A DNA stretch of 64,000 nucleotides. Origin: an uncultured SAR116 cluster alpha proteobacterium (lineage in GTDB: Bacteria > Pseudomonadota > Alphaproteobacteria > Puniceispirillales > Marisalimonadaceae). Made by a program: the position numbers and the translations under genes. Shown here piece by piece: positions 49,038-60,318 of this stretch. Under the pieces are notes generated by a model, which saw only the letters and a program-made list of their open reading frames with translations, had not been told where the DNA came from and did no database searches. The first letter of the stretch is position 1, and every line of letters starts with the position of its first letter. The DNA lies in the NCBI GenBank assembly GCA_902619485.1, contig CACNEF010000004.1:26021-90020 (forward strand), in the 5' to 3' direction.

Positions 49038-49862
49038 ATGAAAAACGTATTTTTATTTGGTTATGGGAAAATGGGATCATCTATCGCAAGAGGATGGAGT
49101 ATTAAAGAACTGGATTTTAATTTTTTTATAATAGAAAAAGAGGCCTCTCTGAGAAAAATTGCAACTAATGATGGCTTTAAGACTTATGAAAATATTGAAC
49201 ACATAAATGAAACCAAAAATCCAGGATTTTTTGATATTATCTTTCTTGCAGTTAAGCCTCAACAAATGGAAAATACTGTAAAGAGTTTTTACAAATTTAA
49301 TCTACATAAATCAGTTTTTGTTTCTATTGCAGCAGGACTTTCTTTTTCTTGGTTTAGGAAAAAAATTAATAAAGAAATAAAAATTATAAGAGCAATGCCA
49401 AATTTACCAGCCTCAATTGGATTTGGTGTAACTGGATATTGTAAAAGCAAAAACCTCAGTAAAGATGAAGACAAAAATGTTCATACATTATTATCTGCTT
49501 TTAGTAAGGTTATTTATTTAAAAAATGAAAGTTTGATTGATAATGTCACCGCGATATCTGGTTCTGGGCCTGGATATATTTTTTATCTAGTTGAAGCTCT
49601 CTCTAAAATAGGAGTGGATCAAGGGCTTTCAATAAAAGAGGCAAAAACCCTAGCTAGAGAAACTTTAATTGGATCTGCAAGATTAGTTGAAACCTCCAAT
49701 GACGATCCAAAAACACTTAAGGAAAACGTGACTAGCCCTGGTGGTACAACTGAAGCAGGGTTGCTAGTGCTTGAATCAAAAATAAATGGTCTATATCCTT
49801 TATTAAAATCAACAATTAATAGTGCTTTAAAAAGAGCTAAAGAGTTAAATTCTGACGGATAA
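49038..49862 (+). CDS. proC: Pyrroline-5-carboxylate reductase
   Basis: GYGKMG, LAVKPQ, SIAAG, RAMPN, SGSGP, VTSPGGTT. Confidence 0.96.
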   Translation: MKNVFLFGYGKMGSSIARGWSIKELDFNFFIIEKEASLRKIATNDGFKTYENIEHINETKNPGFFDIIFLAVKPQQMENTVKSFYKFNLHKSVFVSIAAGLSFSWFRKKINKEIKIIRAMPNLPASIGFGVTGYCKSKNLSKDEDKNVHTLLSAFSKVIYLKNESLIDNVTAISGSGPGYIFYLVEALSKIGVDQGLSIKEAKTLARETLIGSARLVETSNDDPKTLKENVTSPGGTTEAGLLVLESKINGLYPLLKSTINSALKRAKELNSDG

Positions 49863-49871
49863 ATATATTTA

Positions 49872-50480
49872 ATGAATTTAGATAATGAAAATTTAGAATG
49901 GAAATTATGTGAGGCTTATTTTTCAATTTTAGAAATTAGTATGTCCTCAAATATAAGTATAGATAAACTTTGTATAGAAGCCAAACTTTCTAGAGAAGAA
50001 GTAGAGAAAATAGTTCCTAACAATTTTACTGATCTTCGAATATTTTTCCTAAAAATTCTTATATCAAAACTTGATAGAGACGTTTTGACTGAACTCAAAG
50101 TAGATATTTCTAGTGACACTGTTTCAAGCACTTATGACAAAATTTTAGAGGGTCTATCATTAAGGTTTGAAAAATATTTTCAATATAAACAATCCTTAAA
50201 AATTTTAAGTAATAATTCTAAACAAAAAATAGATGTTTTCTTAAGTGTTTTTAGAGAAAATTACAATTTTTCATCTAACCTTCTAACTTTAATAGAAGAA
50301 GATCAAAATTGTGTAACAAAAACTTTAAAATCATTAGCTTTAAATATTGTTTTTATAAAAAGTCTTGAAATTTTTTTTAAAGATGAAAAAAAAGATATAG
50401 ATAAAGTGATAAGGTATTTAGATAAATATTTAAGCGATATGGAAGATGTCGGTCTTTTAGTTGGTATTATAAAGAAATGA
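49872..50480 (+). CDS. Hypothetical protein, degenerate TetR-like
   Basis: N-terminal helix pattern (ISIDKLCIEAKLS) and 'YDKILEGLSLRFE' resemble the alphaproteobacterial TetR-like family. Confidence 0.5.
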   Translation: MNLDNENLEWKLCEAYFSILEISMSSNISIDKLCIEAKLSREEVEKIVPNNFTDLRIFFLKILISKLDRDVLTELKVDISSDTVSSTYDKILEGLSLRFEKYFQYKQSLKILSNNSKQKIDVFLSVFRENYNFSSNLLTLIEEDQNCVTKTLKSLALNIVFIKSLEIFFKDEKKDIDKVIRYLDKYLSDMEDVGLLVGIIKK

Positions 50481-51791
50481 TTATAATGGTAATAAAAGCC
50501 TAACTCTTAATCCACCTAGAGGGCTATCCTCTAAAATTAATTCGCCTCCATGATTTAATGCTGAATTTTTAGCTATAGATAACCCTAGCCCAGTTCCCCC
50601 AGTTTTTATATTTCTTGAGTTTTCTAATCTCGTGAATGGTAAAACTACCTCTTTTCTTTTATCTCTTGGTATACCTGGGCCATTGTCATCAATTATTACT
50701 TCACTATGATCATCAAAGATATGTATTTGAGCATTTGCTTTACCAGCATATCTAATTGCATTTGTAAATAAATTTATCAATGCTCTTCTGATTGATTGAA
50801 CTTGCATTGGGAAGATAGGGATATTGTCTGTTGGAACAGAAATAGTTATCTTATCACCTGAAGGATCAGATGTTTTGGCTGCTTGTTGAAGTAATTTAAA
50901 TAAACTAGCATCAACCATTTGCTCTTCTCTTTCATTTCTTGCAAATTCCAAGTAGCCATCAATCATATCTTCTAGTTCAATTAATTCTTTTTCAAAATCT
51001 TCTTTAATTTCTTTTTTATCATCCATAACAGCTAATTGGAGCCTCATTCTAGTTAAAGGTGTTTTTAAATCATGACTAACACCTGCAAGTAGAGAAATTC
51101 TCTCAGATACTTGTTTATTAATCCTATGTCTCATTGCTTGAAATGCTCTACCTGCTATTCTGACTTCAGTCGCGCCTTCGATATTATAATTATCTACGTC
51201 TCTACCAAAACCAATCTGTCTAGCTGCATTCGCTAATCTTAAAATTGGTCTTACTTGACCCCTTAGAAAAATTATAGCTATTGAAAAAAGAATTACTGAA
51301 GCTCCAATGGACCACATTATGAATGTGATTCCAGTGGGCACAAATAAGCGCTTATTATCAATATGCATTCTAACAATTCCATTTGCTAATTGTATGTCAA
51401 CATAAAATTGACTAGAATTTTCAATTGATGATAAATAAAAAGGTTCTTTAATACGTTCTTGAAGAGAGTTTCGAAAGTTTTCAAATTTTGCATTAAAAGA
51501 TTGATTTGGTTTTAAAATACCACCTTCTAACCAATAAAAAATAATATTAAAATATTGTCTTGCCCTTACTGCAGAGAGGGCTCTTTGATCTTTTGAAGGT
51601 TCTTTTCCTAATTCGTCAATTAATAAACCTAGATCTTTAGACAAATTTTTTGCCATATGTCTAGATACCCAATCCCAATGTCTTTCATAAAAAATTGAAA
51701 CAGAGATGATCTGAACAAGGATTATTGGAACAAGAATAATAGCCAACATTCTGCCAAAAAGGCTTTTTGGTGTTATGTCGCGTAATCTCAT
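50481..51791 (-). CDS. EnvZ-like sensor histidine kinase
   Basis: PKSLFGR, FYERHW, HAMP, GVSHDLKTPLTR H-box, NAIRY, DNGPG, GTGLGL. Confidence 0.95.
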   Translation of the reverse strand: MRLRDITPKSLFGRMLAIILVPIILVQIISVSIFYERHWDWVSRHMAKNLSKDLGLLIDELGKEPSKDQRALSAVRARQYFNIIFYWLEGGILKPNQSFNAKFENFRNSLQERIKEPFYLSSIENSSQFYVDIQLANGIVRMHIDNKRLFVPTGITFIMWSIGASVILFSIAIIFLRGQVRPILRLANAARQIGFGRDVDNYNIEGATEVRIAGRAFQAMRHRINKQVSERISLLAGVSHDLKTPLTRMRLQLAVMDDKKEIKEDFEKELIELEDMIDGYLEFARNEREEQMVDASLFKLLQQAAKTSDPSGDKITISVPTDNIPIFPMQVQSIRRALINLFTNAIRYAGKANAQIHIFDDHSEVIIDDNGPGIPRDKRKEVVLPFTRLENSRNIKTGGTGLGLSIAKNSALNHGGELILEDSPLGGLRVRLLLPL

Positions 51792-51807
51792 AGCCTAAGC
51801 TCTTCTA

Positions 51808-52533
51808 TCAATCATTATTTTCTTCTTCGTGAGTTTGCAACATCCAGCCAATACCACGAACTGTTTGTAAATAAACAGGGTATCTTTGATCAATTTCAAT
51901 TTTTCTTCTTATTCTAGCAATAGCTACATCAATTGACCTGTTTTCCATATTTCCACCAAGAGAATTATTAATATCGTCTCTAGAAAAGGCTTTGTTGGGT
52001 GCTTTACAAAAGCAATTTAATAACTTTTGCTCAGATGTTGTTAAGTGAACTGAAATGTTATTTTTATATAAGTTTAAAGATTTATGATTAAACGAAAATG
52101 GACCAAATCTAGTATTTTTTTGACTCTCAGAACTTTTTAAATTTGTGGAAAATCTTTTTAAGACATTTTGAATTCTAAGTAACAATTCTCTAGGTTCAAA
52201 AGGCTTCGTCATATAATCATCTGCGCCATATTCCAGTCCGTCAAGCCTATTTTCAGGACTTGACATGGCTGTAAGCATTAAAGTTGGAATAGAGTTTGTT
52301 TGTCTTATTTCTTTTAAAAAGTCTAATCCATTTTGTCCTGGCATCATAATATCAATTACCAATAAATCAAAAATCAAACTTTTCATAATTTTTTTTGCTT
52401 CATTAGTGTTTTCTACATCTGATACTTTGAAATCATTATTTTCTAAAAATTGTTTTAGTAATAGTCTAATTTTTTCATCATCATCGATTATCAAAATATG
52501 AAAATTATTTTTTTTTAGGTCTTTATTATTCAT
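51808..52533 (-). CDS. OmpR-family response regulator (PetR-like)
   Basis: IIDDD, DIMMPG, GADDY.TKPF, RSIDV.I.R.RRKIE, TVRG.G. Confidence 0.95.
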   Translation of the reverse strand: MNNKDLKKNNFHILIIDDDEKIRLLLKQFLENNDFKVSDVENTNEAKKIMKSLIFDLLVIDIMMPGQNGLDFLKEIRQTNSIPTLMLTAMSSPENRLDGLEYGADDYMTKPFEPRELLLRIQNVLKRFSTNLKSSESQKNTRFGPFSFNHKSLNLYKNNISVHLTTSEQKLLNCFCKAPNKAFSRDDINNSLGGNMENRSIDVAIARIRRKIEIDQRYPVYLQTVRGIGWMLQTHEEENND

Positions 52534-52692
52534 TTTAAAATAAAGTAAGATTTGTTAGAATATTAAATATAATTAATTATATAAAAACTAAAATCACTAA
52601 ACAACTTAATTAATCATATAACCTATTTCTTTGTATTTGCTTATTTTATAATATTGTGGATTATATGTAAGAACTTATTTGGGAGGAATTTT

Positions 52693-53571
52693 TTGAATAA
52701 TTTATCTTTTGACAATCGTGAAGGTTATATTTGGTACAATGGGAATTTACTTGAATGGAAAAATGCAAATGTTCATGTATTAAATCATGGTTTACATTAT
52801 GCAAGTTGTGTTTTTGAAGGTGAAAGAGCCTATAGAGGTAAAATTTTTGAAACAGTAAAACATACAAAAAGACTCTTCAATTCAGCAAAATCTCTTGATA
52901 TGGAAATACCTTTTTCTGAAAAAGAAATAGTTAAAGCTAAGGAAATATTATTAGAAAAAAATTCACTTTCAGATGCTTATGTTAGACCAGTTGTCTGGAG
53001 AGGTAGTGAGATGATGGCTGTTTCTGCACAATCTACAAAAATACATGTAGCCATTGCTGTCTGGGAGTGGCCAAGCTACTTTGACCCAGAACAAAAAATG
53101 CAAGGAATTAAACTAGATATTGCTAAATGGAGACGCCCAAGTCCAGAATGTGGTCCTGTTTTGGCTAAAGCAGCTGGATTATATATGATATGTACCTTAT
53201 CTAAACACGAAGCAGAGGTAAAAGGCTATAGTGACGCCCTTATGCTTGATTACAGAGGACAAATAGCTGAGGCCACAGGTGCAAATATATTCTTTAAAAT
53301 GCCTGATGGCAAACTGCACACCCCAATCGCAGATTGCTTTCTAGATGGAATTACAAGAAGGACTGTTATGAAACTTGCTCAAGATAACGGAATTGAAATT
53401 ATTGAACGTAAGATTATGCCCGAGGAAATGGCCGAAGCAGAAGAATGTTTCTTAACTGGGACTGCTGCTGAAGTTACCCCCGTTCAATCAATTGGTGATT
53501 TTAAATTTAAACCTGGTGAGTATTGTCTCAAATTAACAAAGGCTTATTCAGATCTAGTTAATGGGATGTAG
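52693..53571 (+). CDS. ilvE: Branched-chain amino acid aminotransferase
   Basis: HGLHYASCVFEG, KAAGLY, EATGANIF, LDGITR, LTGTAAE; start moved to TTG 52693 (GGGAGG RBS). Confidence 0.95.
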   Translation: MNNLSFDNREGYIWYNGNLLEWKNANVHVLNHGLHYASCVFEGERAYRGKIFETVKHTKRLFNSAKSLDMEIPFSEKEIVKAKEILLEKNSLSDAYVRPVVWRGSEMMAVSAQSTKIHVAIAVWEWPSYFDPEQKMQGIKLDIAKWRRPSPECGPVLAKAAGLYMICTLSKHEAEVKGYSDALMLDYRGQIAEATGANIFFKMPDGKLHTPIADCFLDGITRRTVMKLAQDNGIEIIERKIMPEEMAEAEECFLTGTAAEVTPVQSIGDFKFKPGEYCLKLTKAYSDLVNGM

Positions 53572-53579
53572 AGTAACAT

Positions 53580-54053
53580 TCATTCCTCCCATTTTTTTAG
53601 TGCTTGATTGTCGTTTTCATTAAAGCTTACCCAATTCTTTTTATTATTATTTTCCTCTAGTTTCCAAAATGGGGCTTTAGTCTTTAACCAATCCATTATA
53701 AAGTTACATCCATCAAAAGCGTTCTGCCTATGCTTAGATGACACACCCACAAAAACTATTTGGTCGGAAGGTTTTAAATTACCTACTCTATGTATTACTG
53801 TTACACCTATTAATTCCCATCTTTGAAAGCTCTCAAATACTATTTTTTCTATTTCAGACTCTGTCATACCGGGGTAATGTTCTAAGGTCATAGAATTAAT
53901 TATTTCATTATTTTTTTCGTCATATCCTCTTACAACGCCAATAAAGTTAACGATTGCTCCAGCATTTTTTTGATGAAGGAACTTTATTTCATCTGAAACA
54001 TCAAAATCTTCATTTTGTATTTTAATTTTAATAAAAGGAAAGTTCTTACTCAT
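53580..54053 (-). CDS. moaE: Molybdopterin synthase catalytic subunit
   Basis: GA.VNFIGVVR, LEHYPGM, HRVG, HR..AF, LKTKAPFWKLE. Confidence 0.96.
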   Translation of the reverse strand: MSKNFPFIKIKIQNEDFDVSDEIKFLHQKNAGAIVNFIGVVRGYDEKNNEIINSMTLEHYPGMTESEIEKIVFESFQRWELIGVTVIHRVGNLKPSDQIVFVGVSSKHRQNAFDGCNFIMDWLKTKAPFWKLEENNNKKNWVSFNENDNQALKKWEE

Positions 54054-54305
54054 TCAACCTCCAGTAACGGGAGGAAAAAATGCAATCTCGTCATTATTAC
54101 TGATATTGGTATCAAAGGATGAATATGTTTTATTTATAGCAATTTTAATTAATTTTTTTTTCTCTAAAATTAAACTATATTTTTTATCTAATTCATTTAA
54201 ATAGTTAATAAGTTCATTAACATTATTAATGTGATCTGGTAATTCTATTCGTTCCTCAGATTTACCAACATGTTCTTTTATCCATGAAAAATATTTTATA
54301 ATCAT
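54054..54305 (-). CDS. moaD: Molybdopterin synthase sulfur carrier subunit
   Basis: YFSW, DEIAFFPPVTGG C-terminal GG. Confidence 0.96.
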   Translation of the reverse strand: MIIKYFSWIKEHVGKSEERIELPDHINNVNELINYLNELDKKYSLILEKKKLIKIAINKTYSSFDTNISNNDEIAFFPPVTGG

Positions 54306-54308
54306 AAT

Positions 54309-54896
54309 TTATTCTCTATTAAAAAATTTCATAATTTTAATTATATATTGCAAGCCTGTTATAAAGGTAATTATTCCAGCTATCCACAAAAGAATATACG
54401 AAATTAAACCTAAAATCTCTATATTGTAAAAAAAAGTATTTGATCTCCAAACTAAAAAACTTCCACAAGCAAATAGTTGTATAGTTGTTTTCCATTTTGC
54501 TAAAAGAGTTACCTCCAATGAAATTTTATATGAAGATATACTTTCCCTCAAACCTGAGACTAAAATTTCTCTTAAAACAATTAAAAGTGCGGGTAAGAAT
54601 GCATAGTAATAATCAAACATGTTTTCTGAAGCTAGGGCAAAAATTACTCCAATAACTAATAATTTATCCGCTACTGGATCTAAGACTTTTCCAAAATTAG
54701 ATGTTACGTTGTATTTTCTAGCAAAAAATCCATCAAAATAATCACTAATACCGGCTAAAATTAATATTGGAGTAGCTGTTAAGGCCCCAATTTCGTCACC
54801 GTATATGATTATTATAGGAAGTATTATGGCTGCCAAACTTCTGAATAAGGTTAAAACGTTAGGTATGATACGTAATATAGGATTATTTTTCATCAT
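54309..54896 (-). CDS. pgsA: CDP-diacylglycerol--glycerol-3-phosphate 3-phosphatidyltransferase
   Basis: PNVLT.FR, DYFDGFFAR, G.VLDPVADK, REILVSGLRE, KWKT. Confidence 0.96.
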   Translation of the reverse strand: MMKNNPILRIIPNVLTLFRSLAAIILPIIIIYGDEIGALTATPILILAGISDYFDGFFARKYNVTSNFGKVLDPVADKLLVIGVIFALASENMFDYYYAFLPALLIVLREILVSGLRESISSYKISLEVTLLAKWKTTIQLFACGSFLVWRSNTFFYNIEILGLISYILLWIAGIITFITGLQYIIKIMKFFNRE

Positions 54897-54966
54897 AGAT
54901 TAACCTTAAAGAGATTTTTAAGCTAAGACTATCTTTAAAATAAAACAGACTTTAAGGAAATTAATT

Positions 54967-56844
54967 TTAATTAAAAAAATTAAATATTTTTTTAGCTATT
55001 GACTTATTGATTCCCTTAACTTTTGATAAATCACTTATACTTGCTGTTCCGACAGCTTTTGCAGACCCATATTCTTCCAGAAGAGATTTTTTTCGGCTTG
55101 AACCGATGCCATCAATTTCGTCTAAAGGGTTCTTAAAAATATTTTTTTTACTTTTAATTCTGTGGCCTGCAATAGCATACCTATGAACTTCATCTCTTAA
55201 TTTTTGAAGAAAAAATAAAGTGGGATCATCTTTGTTAAACCTCAATCTGTCGGAATATTTTGTATAGAAATTTTCTCTACCTGCATCTCGTTTAATACCC
55301 TTTGAAATTGCTAAAACTTCAACATTACTTATTTTTAATTCGTCAAATACTTTTAAAACTACGTTTAAATGTCCTTTGCCTCCGTCAATAATTATTAAAT
55401 CAGGAAAGCCAGATGAATTTTTCCCGTTGAATCTTCGTCTAATTACTTCCTTCATTATCAAGTAATCATTGTTATTTATAAATTCGTCATTAATTTGTGA
55501 CGATAAGTTTTTATGCTCTGTCAAAATGTTATATCTTCGATATTGAGATTTTACAAAACCATCTTCGTTAAAAGCTATCATTGCTCCTACAGGTGATTTT
55601 CCTTGATTGTGTGAATTATCATAAACTTCTAATTTCTCAATAGAATTTTTAAATTTAAATGTTTGTTGTAAATTTTTTAAATTATTTTTATTAGAAGATT
55701 TTTCGTAAATCTTTCTATTTAAATTTTCTTCTGCATTTTTAAGTGTTGAATTTATAATTTCTAATTTTTTTCCTCTTTGAGGTAGTTGAATTTTTACTTT
55801 TATTTTATGTTTTTTATATAAAAGTTCTTCAATCAAACTTTTATCTTTAGGATGTAAATTAACAAGAATATTTTCTGGAGGGATATTTTTATCATAAAAT
55901 TGACATACAAATGCTTGCATAATCTCTTCTTCTAAAACATCAGTAGCATTTTTACCTGGATTAGGAAAATAAGATTTAGATCCATAATTGCAACCATTTC
56001 TTATTATCGTCATCTGAATTACAACTTTATTATCAATTTTTCTAAGTACAAGAAAGTCAATATTATTCATATTTGGAATATTAATATTTTGACTTGCATT
56101 TACTTCTGTAAGAGCTTTTATTCTATTTCTAAAAATCGCAGCTGCTTCAAAATTTTGTTTATTAGATGCATTGTACATTTTTTTTATTAAATTTTGTTTT
56201 ATTGACTTTGAGTTTCCTTGTAAGAACTTTTTTGCTTCGTTAAGACTTTCTTGATAATTTTCTTTTGATATTAAATTTACACATGGTGCGCTGCATCTTT
56301 TGATCTGAAATTGAAGACAAGGACGAGTTCTAGATTTAAAAATATTATCATTACAAGTTCTCAAAAGAAAAACTTTCTGAAGTGTTTCTATTGTTTTTTG
56401 AACAGTTTGTTTTGAAACAAAAGGACCAAAATATTCACCTTTAATATTTCTTAGGCCTCTATGCGCAGACAACTGAGGAAAAGAATGAGATAAATTAAAT
56501 AAAATTGAGCTGAAACTCTTGTCATCTTTTAGCAATATATTAAATATAGGTTCAAATTTTTTAATTAAATTAGATTCTAGAAGTAATGCTTCTATTTCTG
56601 AAGATGTAACAATTATTTCCAATTTTACAGTGTTTGCGACCATATAGCTTAATCTTGAATTAAGTCTGTTAGGTTGAGTATAAAATTTAATTCTGTTATT
56701 TAATTTTTTCGCTTTTCCAATATATAAATATTCATTATTTTTTCCAATCATCTGATAAACTCCAGATTTATTTGGAATTGTTAGAAGTTCATTCTTAATT
56801 ATCTCAATCCCTTTACTAAGAGACATATTTTTATTTTTAATCAT
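54967..56844 (-). CDS. uvrC: Excinuclease ABC subunit C
   Basis: GIY-YIG (GVYQM..YIGKA), CSAPC, YDNSH, IDGGKG, RDEVHR, HhH. Confidence 0.97.
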   Translation of the reverse strand: MIKNKNMSLSKGIEIIKNELLTIPNKSGVYQMIGKNNEYLYIGKAKKLNNRIKFYTQPNRLNSRLSYMVANTVKLEIIVTSSEIEALLLESNLIKKFEPIFNILLKDDKSFSSILFNLSHSFPQLSAHRGLRNIKGEYFGPFVSKQTVQKTIETLQKVFLLRTCNDNIFKSRTRPCLQFQIKRCSAPCVNLISKENYQESLNEAKKFLQGNSKSIKQNLIKKMYNASNKQNFEAAAIFRNRIKALTEVNASQNINIPNMNNIDFLVLRKIDNKVVIQMTIIRNGCNYGSKSYFPNPGKNATDVLEEEIMQAFVCQFYDKNIPPENILVNLHPKDKSLIEELLYKKHKIKVKIQLPQRGKKLEIINSTLKNAEENLNRKIYEKSSNKNNLKNLQQTFKFKNSIEKLEVYDNSHNQGKSPVGAMIAFNEDGFVKSQYRRYNILTEHKNLSSQINDEFINNNDYLIMKEVIRRRFNGKNSSGFPDLIIIDGGKGHLNVVLKVFDELKISNVEVLAISKGIKRDAGRENFYTKYSDRLRFNKDDPTLFFLQKLRDEVHRYAIAGHRIKSKKNIFKNPLDEIDGIGSSRKKSLLEEYGSAKAVGTASISDLSKVKGINKSIAKKIFNFFN

Positions 56845-56889
56845 TTAACAATTTTCGTATTTGATTAATTACATTTTAAACAATTAAAG

Positions 56890-58962
56890 TTATTTTTTTT
56901 TAGAACTTGAATTCATTCTGAAATCATTATTTGGTATAGATATCAATCCTAATTCTTTTTGCTGTAATTTTTTTATTTCATCTCTTATTCTTGCCGCTTC
57001 TTCAAATTCAAGATTGCTAGCGGCTTTTTCCATTTCATTTTGAAGATCTTGAATTGATTCTTTTATATTTTTCCCATTATTTTTTTTATTTTTATCATTT
57101 TTGTTATCATCGCTATCATTTAGGTCTGCTAAAATATCAGAAATTTTACTAATAACAGTTTTAGGAGTAATTTTATTTTTTAAATTATAACTTATTTGTT
57201 TTTTTCTTCTCCTCTCAGTTTCATCTATTGCGTATTGCATTGAACCTGTAATGTTGTCAGCATAAAGAATTACTTTTCCTTCAACATGTCTTGCGGCACG
57301 ACCAATAGTTTGAATTAATGAAGTTTTTGATCTTAAATAACCTTCTTTATCGGCATCCAAAATCGCTACCAAGGCACATTCAGGAATATCCAACCCTTCT
57401 CTTAAAAGATTTATCCCAATCAAAACATCAAACACACCTAGCCTTAAATCTCTTATTATTTCAATACGCTCAAGAGTGTCTACATCAGAGTGAATATATC
57501 TGACTTTTAATCCTGCTTCAAACATATACTCACTCAAAGCTTCAGCCATCTTTTTTGTTAATGTTGTAACTAATACTCTATTTCCTTTTTTTGATTGTTC
57601 TTTTGTCTCGTAAATGAGATCATCAACTTGGGTTTTTGTTGGTCTTATTAAAATTTCTGGATCCACTAGTCCTGTTGGTCTAAGAGATTGTTCGACAAAA
57701 ATACCATTAGTTTTATTTAGTTCCCATTCCCCAGGTGTGGCCGAAACGTGAATAGTGTTTGGTCTAAATGCTTCCCATTCCTCAAACTTTAAAGGCCTAT
57801 TATCTAAACAAGAGGGTAATCTAAAACCGTATTCAGCTAAAGTTGATTTTCTTCTAAAGTCACCTTTATACATAGCGCCTATTTGACTAACTGTAATATG
57901 ACTTTCGTCAGTAAAAACAAGGGCGTCATCTGGTAAATATTCAAAAAGTGTTGGTGGTGGCTCCCCAGGATTTCTTCCTGAAAGATATCTACTGTAGTTT
58001 TCTATTCCTGGGCAGGTGCCAGCGGCCAACATCATTTCAAGATCAAAATTAGTTCTTTGTTCTAACCGCTGTGCTTCCACTAATTTATTACTTTTATATA
58101 AAAATTCTAAATGAAGCTTTAATTCTTCTTTTATAGACTTAATAGCTTCGTTTAGTGTTGGCCTAGGGGTGACATAGTGAGAATTAGCATAAATTTTTAC
58201 TGACTTTAAAGATGTAAGCTTTTCACCTGTTAAAGCATCTATCTCAAATAATTCTTCAATTTCATCTCCAAATAGAATTATTCTCCACGCTACAGTTTCC
58301 AAGTGTGCTGGGAAAATTTCAACTATATCACCTCTAACTCTAAAAGTACCTCTTACAAATGACATATCGTTTCTTGTATATTGGAGTTCAGTAAATTGTC
58401 TTAACAATGTTTGTCTAGGAGTTTTCTGACCTTTTTTTAATTCAATTGTCATTTTTGAGTATGTTTCAACTGAACCGATACCATAAATACATGATACAGA
58501 AGCAACTATTATTACGTCCTTACGTTCAAGAAGAGCTCTTGTCGCAGAATGACGCATACGATCAATTTGATCATTAATACTTGATTCTTTTTCAATATAA
58601 GTATCAGATCTTGGCACATAAGCTTCTGGTTGATAATAGTCATAATATGAAACGAAATATTCTACAGCGTTATTCGGGAAAAAATCTTTCATCTCACCAT
58701 ATAATTGCGCTGCTAATGTTTTATTTGGTGCCATTATCAATGAAGGTCTATTTAGAGAATTTATAACATGCGCCATTGTAAAAGTTTTACCAGAACCAGT
58801 TACTCCTAGTAATACTTGGTCTTTTTCATCATCATGGATTCCAGAAACCAATTCTTTTATAGCTTCTGGCTGATCTCCTGTAGGAGTAAAGTTTGAATTT
58901 AATCTAAAAATAGATTTTGAGGATGTTACCTCATTATCTTCAATTTTTTCAATGTTATTCAT
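56890..58962 (-). CDS. uvrB: Excinuclease ABC subunit B
   Basis: [38 protein letters not shown] domain. Confidence 0.98.
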   Translation of the reverse strand: MNNIEKIEDNEVTSSKSIFRLNSNFTPTGDQPEAIKELVSGIHDDEKDQVLLGVTGSGKTFTMAHVINSLNRPSLIMAPNKTLAAQLYGEMKDFFPNNAVEYFVSYYDYYQPEAYVPRSDTYIEKESSINDQIDRMRHSATRALLERKDVIIVASVSCIYGIGSVETYSKMTIELKKGQKTPRQTLLRQFTELQYTRNDMSFVRGTFRVRGDIVEIFPAHLETVAWRIILFGDEIEELFEIDALTGEKLTSLKSVKIYANSHYVTPRPTLNEAIKSIKEELKLHLEFLYKSNKLVEAQRLEQRTNFDLEMMLAAGTCPGIENYSRYLSGRNPGEPPPTLFEYLPDDALVFTDESHITVSQIGAMYKGDFRRKSTLAEYGFRLPSCLDNRPLKFEEWEAFRPNTIHVSATPGEWELNKTNGIFVEQSLRPTGLVDPEILIRPTKTQVDDLIYETKEQSKKGNRVLVTTLTKKMAEALSEYMFEAGLKVRYIHSDVDTLERIEIIRDLRLGVFDVLIGINLLREGLDIPECALVAILDADKEGYLRSKTSLIQTIGRAARHVEGKVILYADNITGSMQYAIDETERRRKKQISYNLKNKITPKTVISKISDILADLNDSDDNKNDKNKKNNGKNIKESIQDLQNEMEKAASNLEFEEAARIRDEIKKLQQKELGLISIPNNDFRMNSSSKKK

Positions 58963-59099
58963 ATCTATAAATTTTGTGAGTAAAAAATTTGCACTAATTA
59001 TCTATAACAAATAATAACTAATTAATTAATAAAAAAGATGTTAGTCTTAATTAAATTGTAGTATGGCTAATTGATAATCATATAATTTGGAGTAGTTAA

Positions 59100-60302
59100 A
59101 TGACATTTATTTCTGATAGTTTAAATAGAATTAAACCTTCTGCAACAATGGTTATAACAGCAAAGGCTACTCAACTCAAAAGAGAGGGGAAAAAGGTAAT
59201 TGGTTTATCATCTGGGGAACCTGATTTTGACACACCACAACATGTAAAGCAAGCCGCCATTGATGCAATTAATAACGGATATACTAAATATACTAACATT
59301 GAAGGAATACCAGAATTAAGACAATCAATTGTAGAAAAATTCAAAAAAGATAACAATTTAAATTATGATATAAGTAACGTTATTGTTGGAACTGGTGGAA
59401 AACAAATTTTGTTTAATGCTTTGATGAGTTCTTTAAATAAAGGTGATGAGGTAATAATCCCAGCACCATACTGGGTCTCCTACCCTGATATGACATTATT
59501 AGCAGGTGGTATACCAATATTTGTAAATTGTTCTTCAGAAACAAACTTTAAACTTACTGGAGAAGCTCTAGAAAAGGTCATAACCAAAAAAAGTAAGTGG
59601 CTTATATTGAATAGTCCATCTAATCCAACTGGATCATGTTATTCAATAAGCGAACTCGAAGAAATCGCAGATGTAGTAAGAAAATATGACAATTTATATG
59701 TAATGACTGACGATATTTATGAATACATTGTATATGACAATTTTGAATTTTATACATTGGCGCAAGTTGCACCTGATTTAAAGGATAGAATTTTAACTGT
59801 AAATGGTGTATCTAAAAGTTACTGTATGACTGGTTGGAGAATTGGTTATGCAGCTGGCCCATCATTACTTATTAAAGCGATGATTAAAATTCAAGGTCAA
59901 TCAACTTCTAATCCATCATCTATTTCACAATATGCTGCTTTAGCTGGTATAAGTGGAAGTAAAGAGTTCTTAGATCCTTGTTTAAAAGCTTTTGATGAAA
60001 GAAGACATAATGTAGTTGATAAACTTAATAGTATAGAGGGTATTTCTTGTATTTTACCCGAAGGTGCATTCTACGCTTACCCAAATGTCTCAGGATTAAT
60101 TGGTAGGAAGACAAAAAATGGAAAAATCTTAAACAATGATGCTGAAATTGTAGAATGGCTTTTAGAATCTGCCGAAGTTGCGGCAGTGCCTGGAGTGGCT
60201 TTTGGTTTAGAACCATATTTTAGAGTATCTTACGCAACCAGCTTAGATGTTTTAAAAGAAGCTATGAATAGAATTGAAAAAGCTGTCTTAACTCTTTCTT
60301 AA
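59100..60302 (+). CDS. Aspartate aminotransferase (class I PLP, AatA-type)
   Basis: GEPDFDTP, NSPSNPTG, DDIYE, NGVSKSYCMTGWRIGY. Confidence 0.92.
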   Translation: MTFISDSLNRIKPSATMVITAKATQLKREGKKVIGLSSGEPDFDTPQHVKQAAIDAINNGYTKYTNIEGIPELRQSIVEKFKKDNNLNYDISNVIVGTGGKQILFNALMSSLNKGDEVIIPAPYWVSYPDMTLLAGGIPIFVNCSSETNFKLTGEALEKVITKKSKWLILNSPSNPTGSCYSISELEEIADVVRKYDNLYVMTDDIYEYIVYDNFEFYTLAQVAPDLKDRILTVNGVSKSYCMTGWRIGYAAGPSLLIKAMIKIQGQSTSNPSSISQYAALAGISGSKEFLDPCLKAFDERRHNVVDKLNSIEGISCILPEGAFYAYPNVSGLIGRKTKNGKILNNDAEIVEWLLESAEVAAVPGVAFGLEPYFRVSYATSLDVLKEAMNRIEKAVLTLS

Positions 60303-60318
60303 ATACTGGAGTTTTAAA

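Noticed and set aside
52534-52692. TTAA-rich motifs resembling CtrA half-sites in intergenic DNA
   Set aside because: Expected by chance at this AT content; no supporting context
58963-59099. LexA box upstream of uvrB
   Set aside because: No alphaproteobacterial GTTC-N7-GTTC/GAAC-N7-GAAC repeat visible
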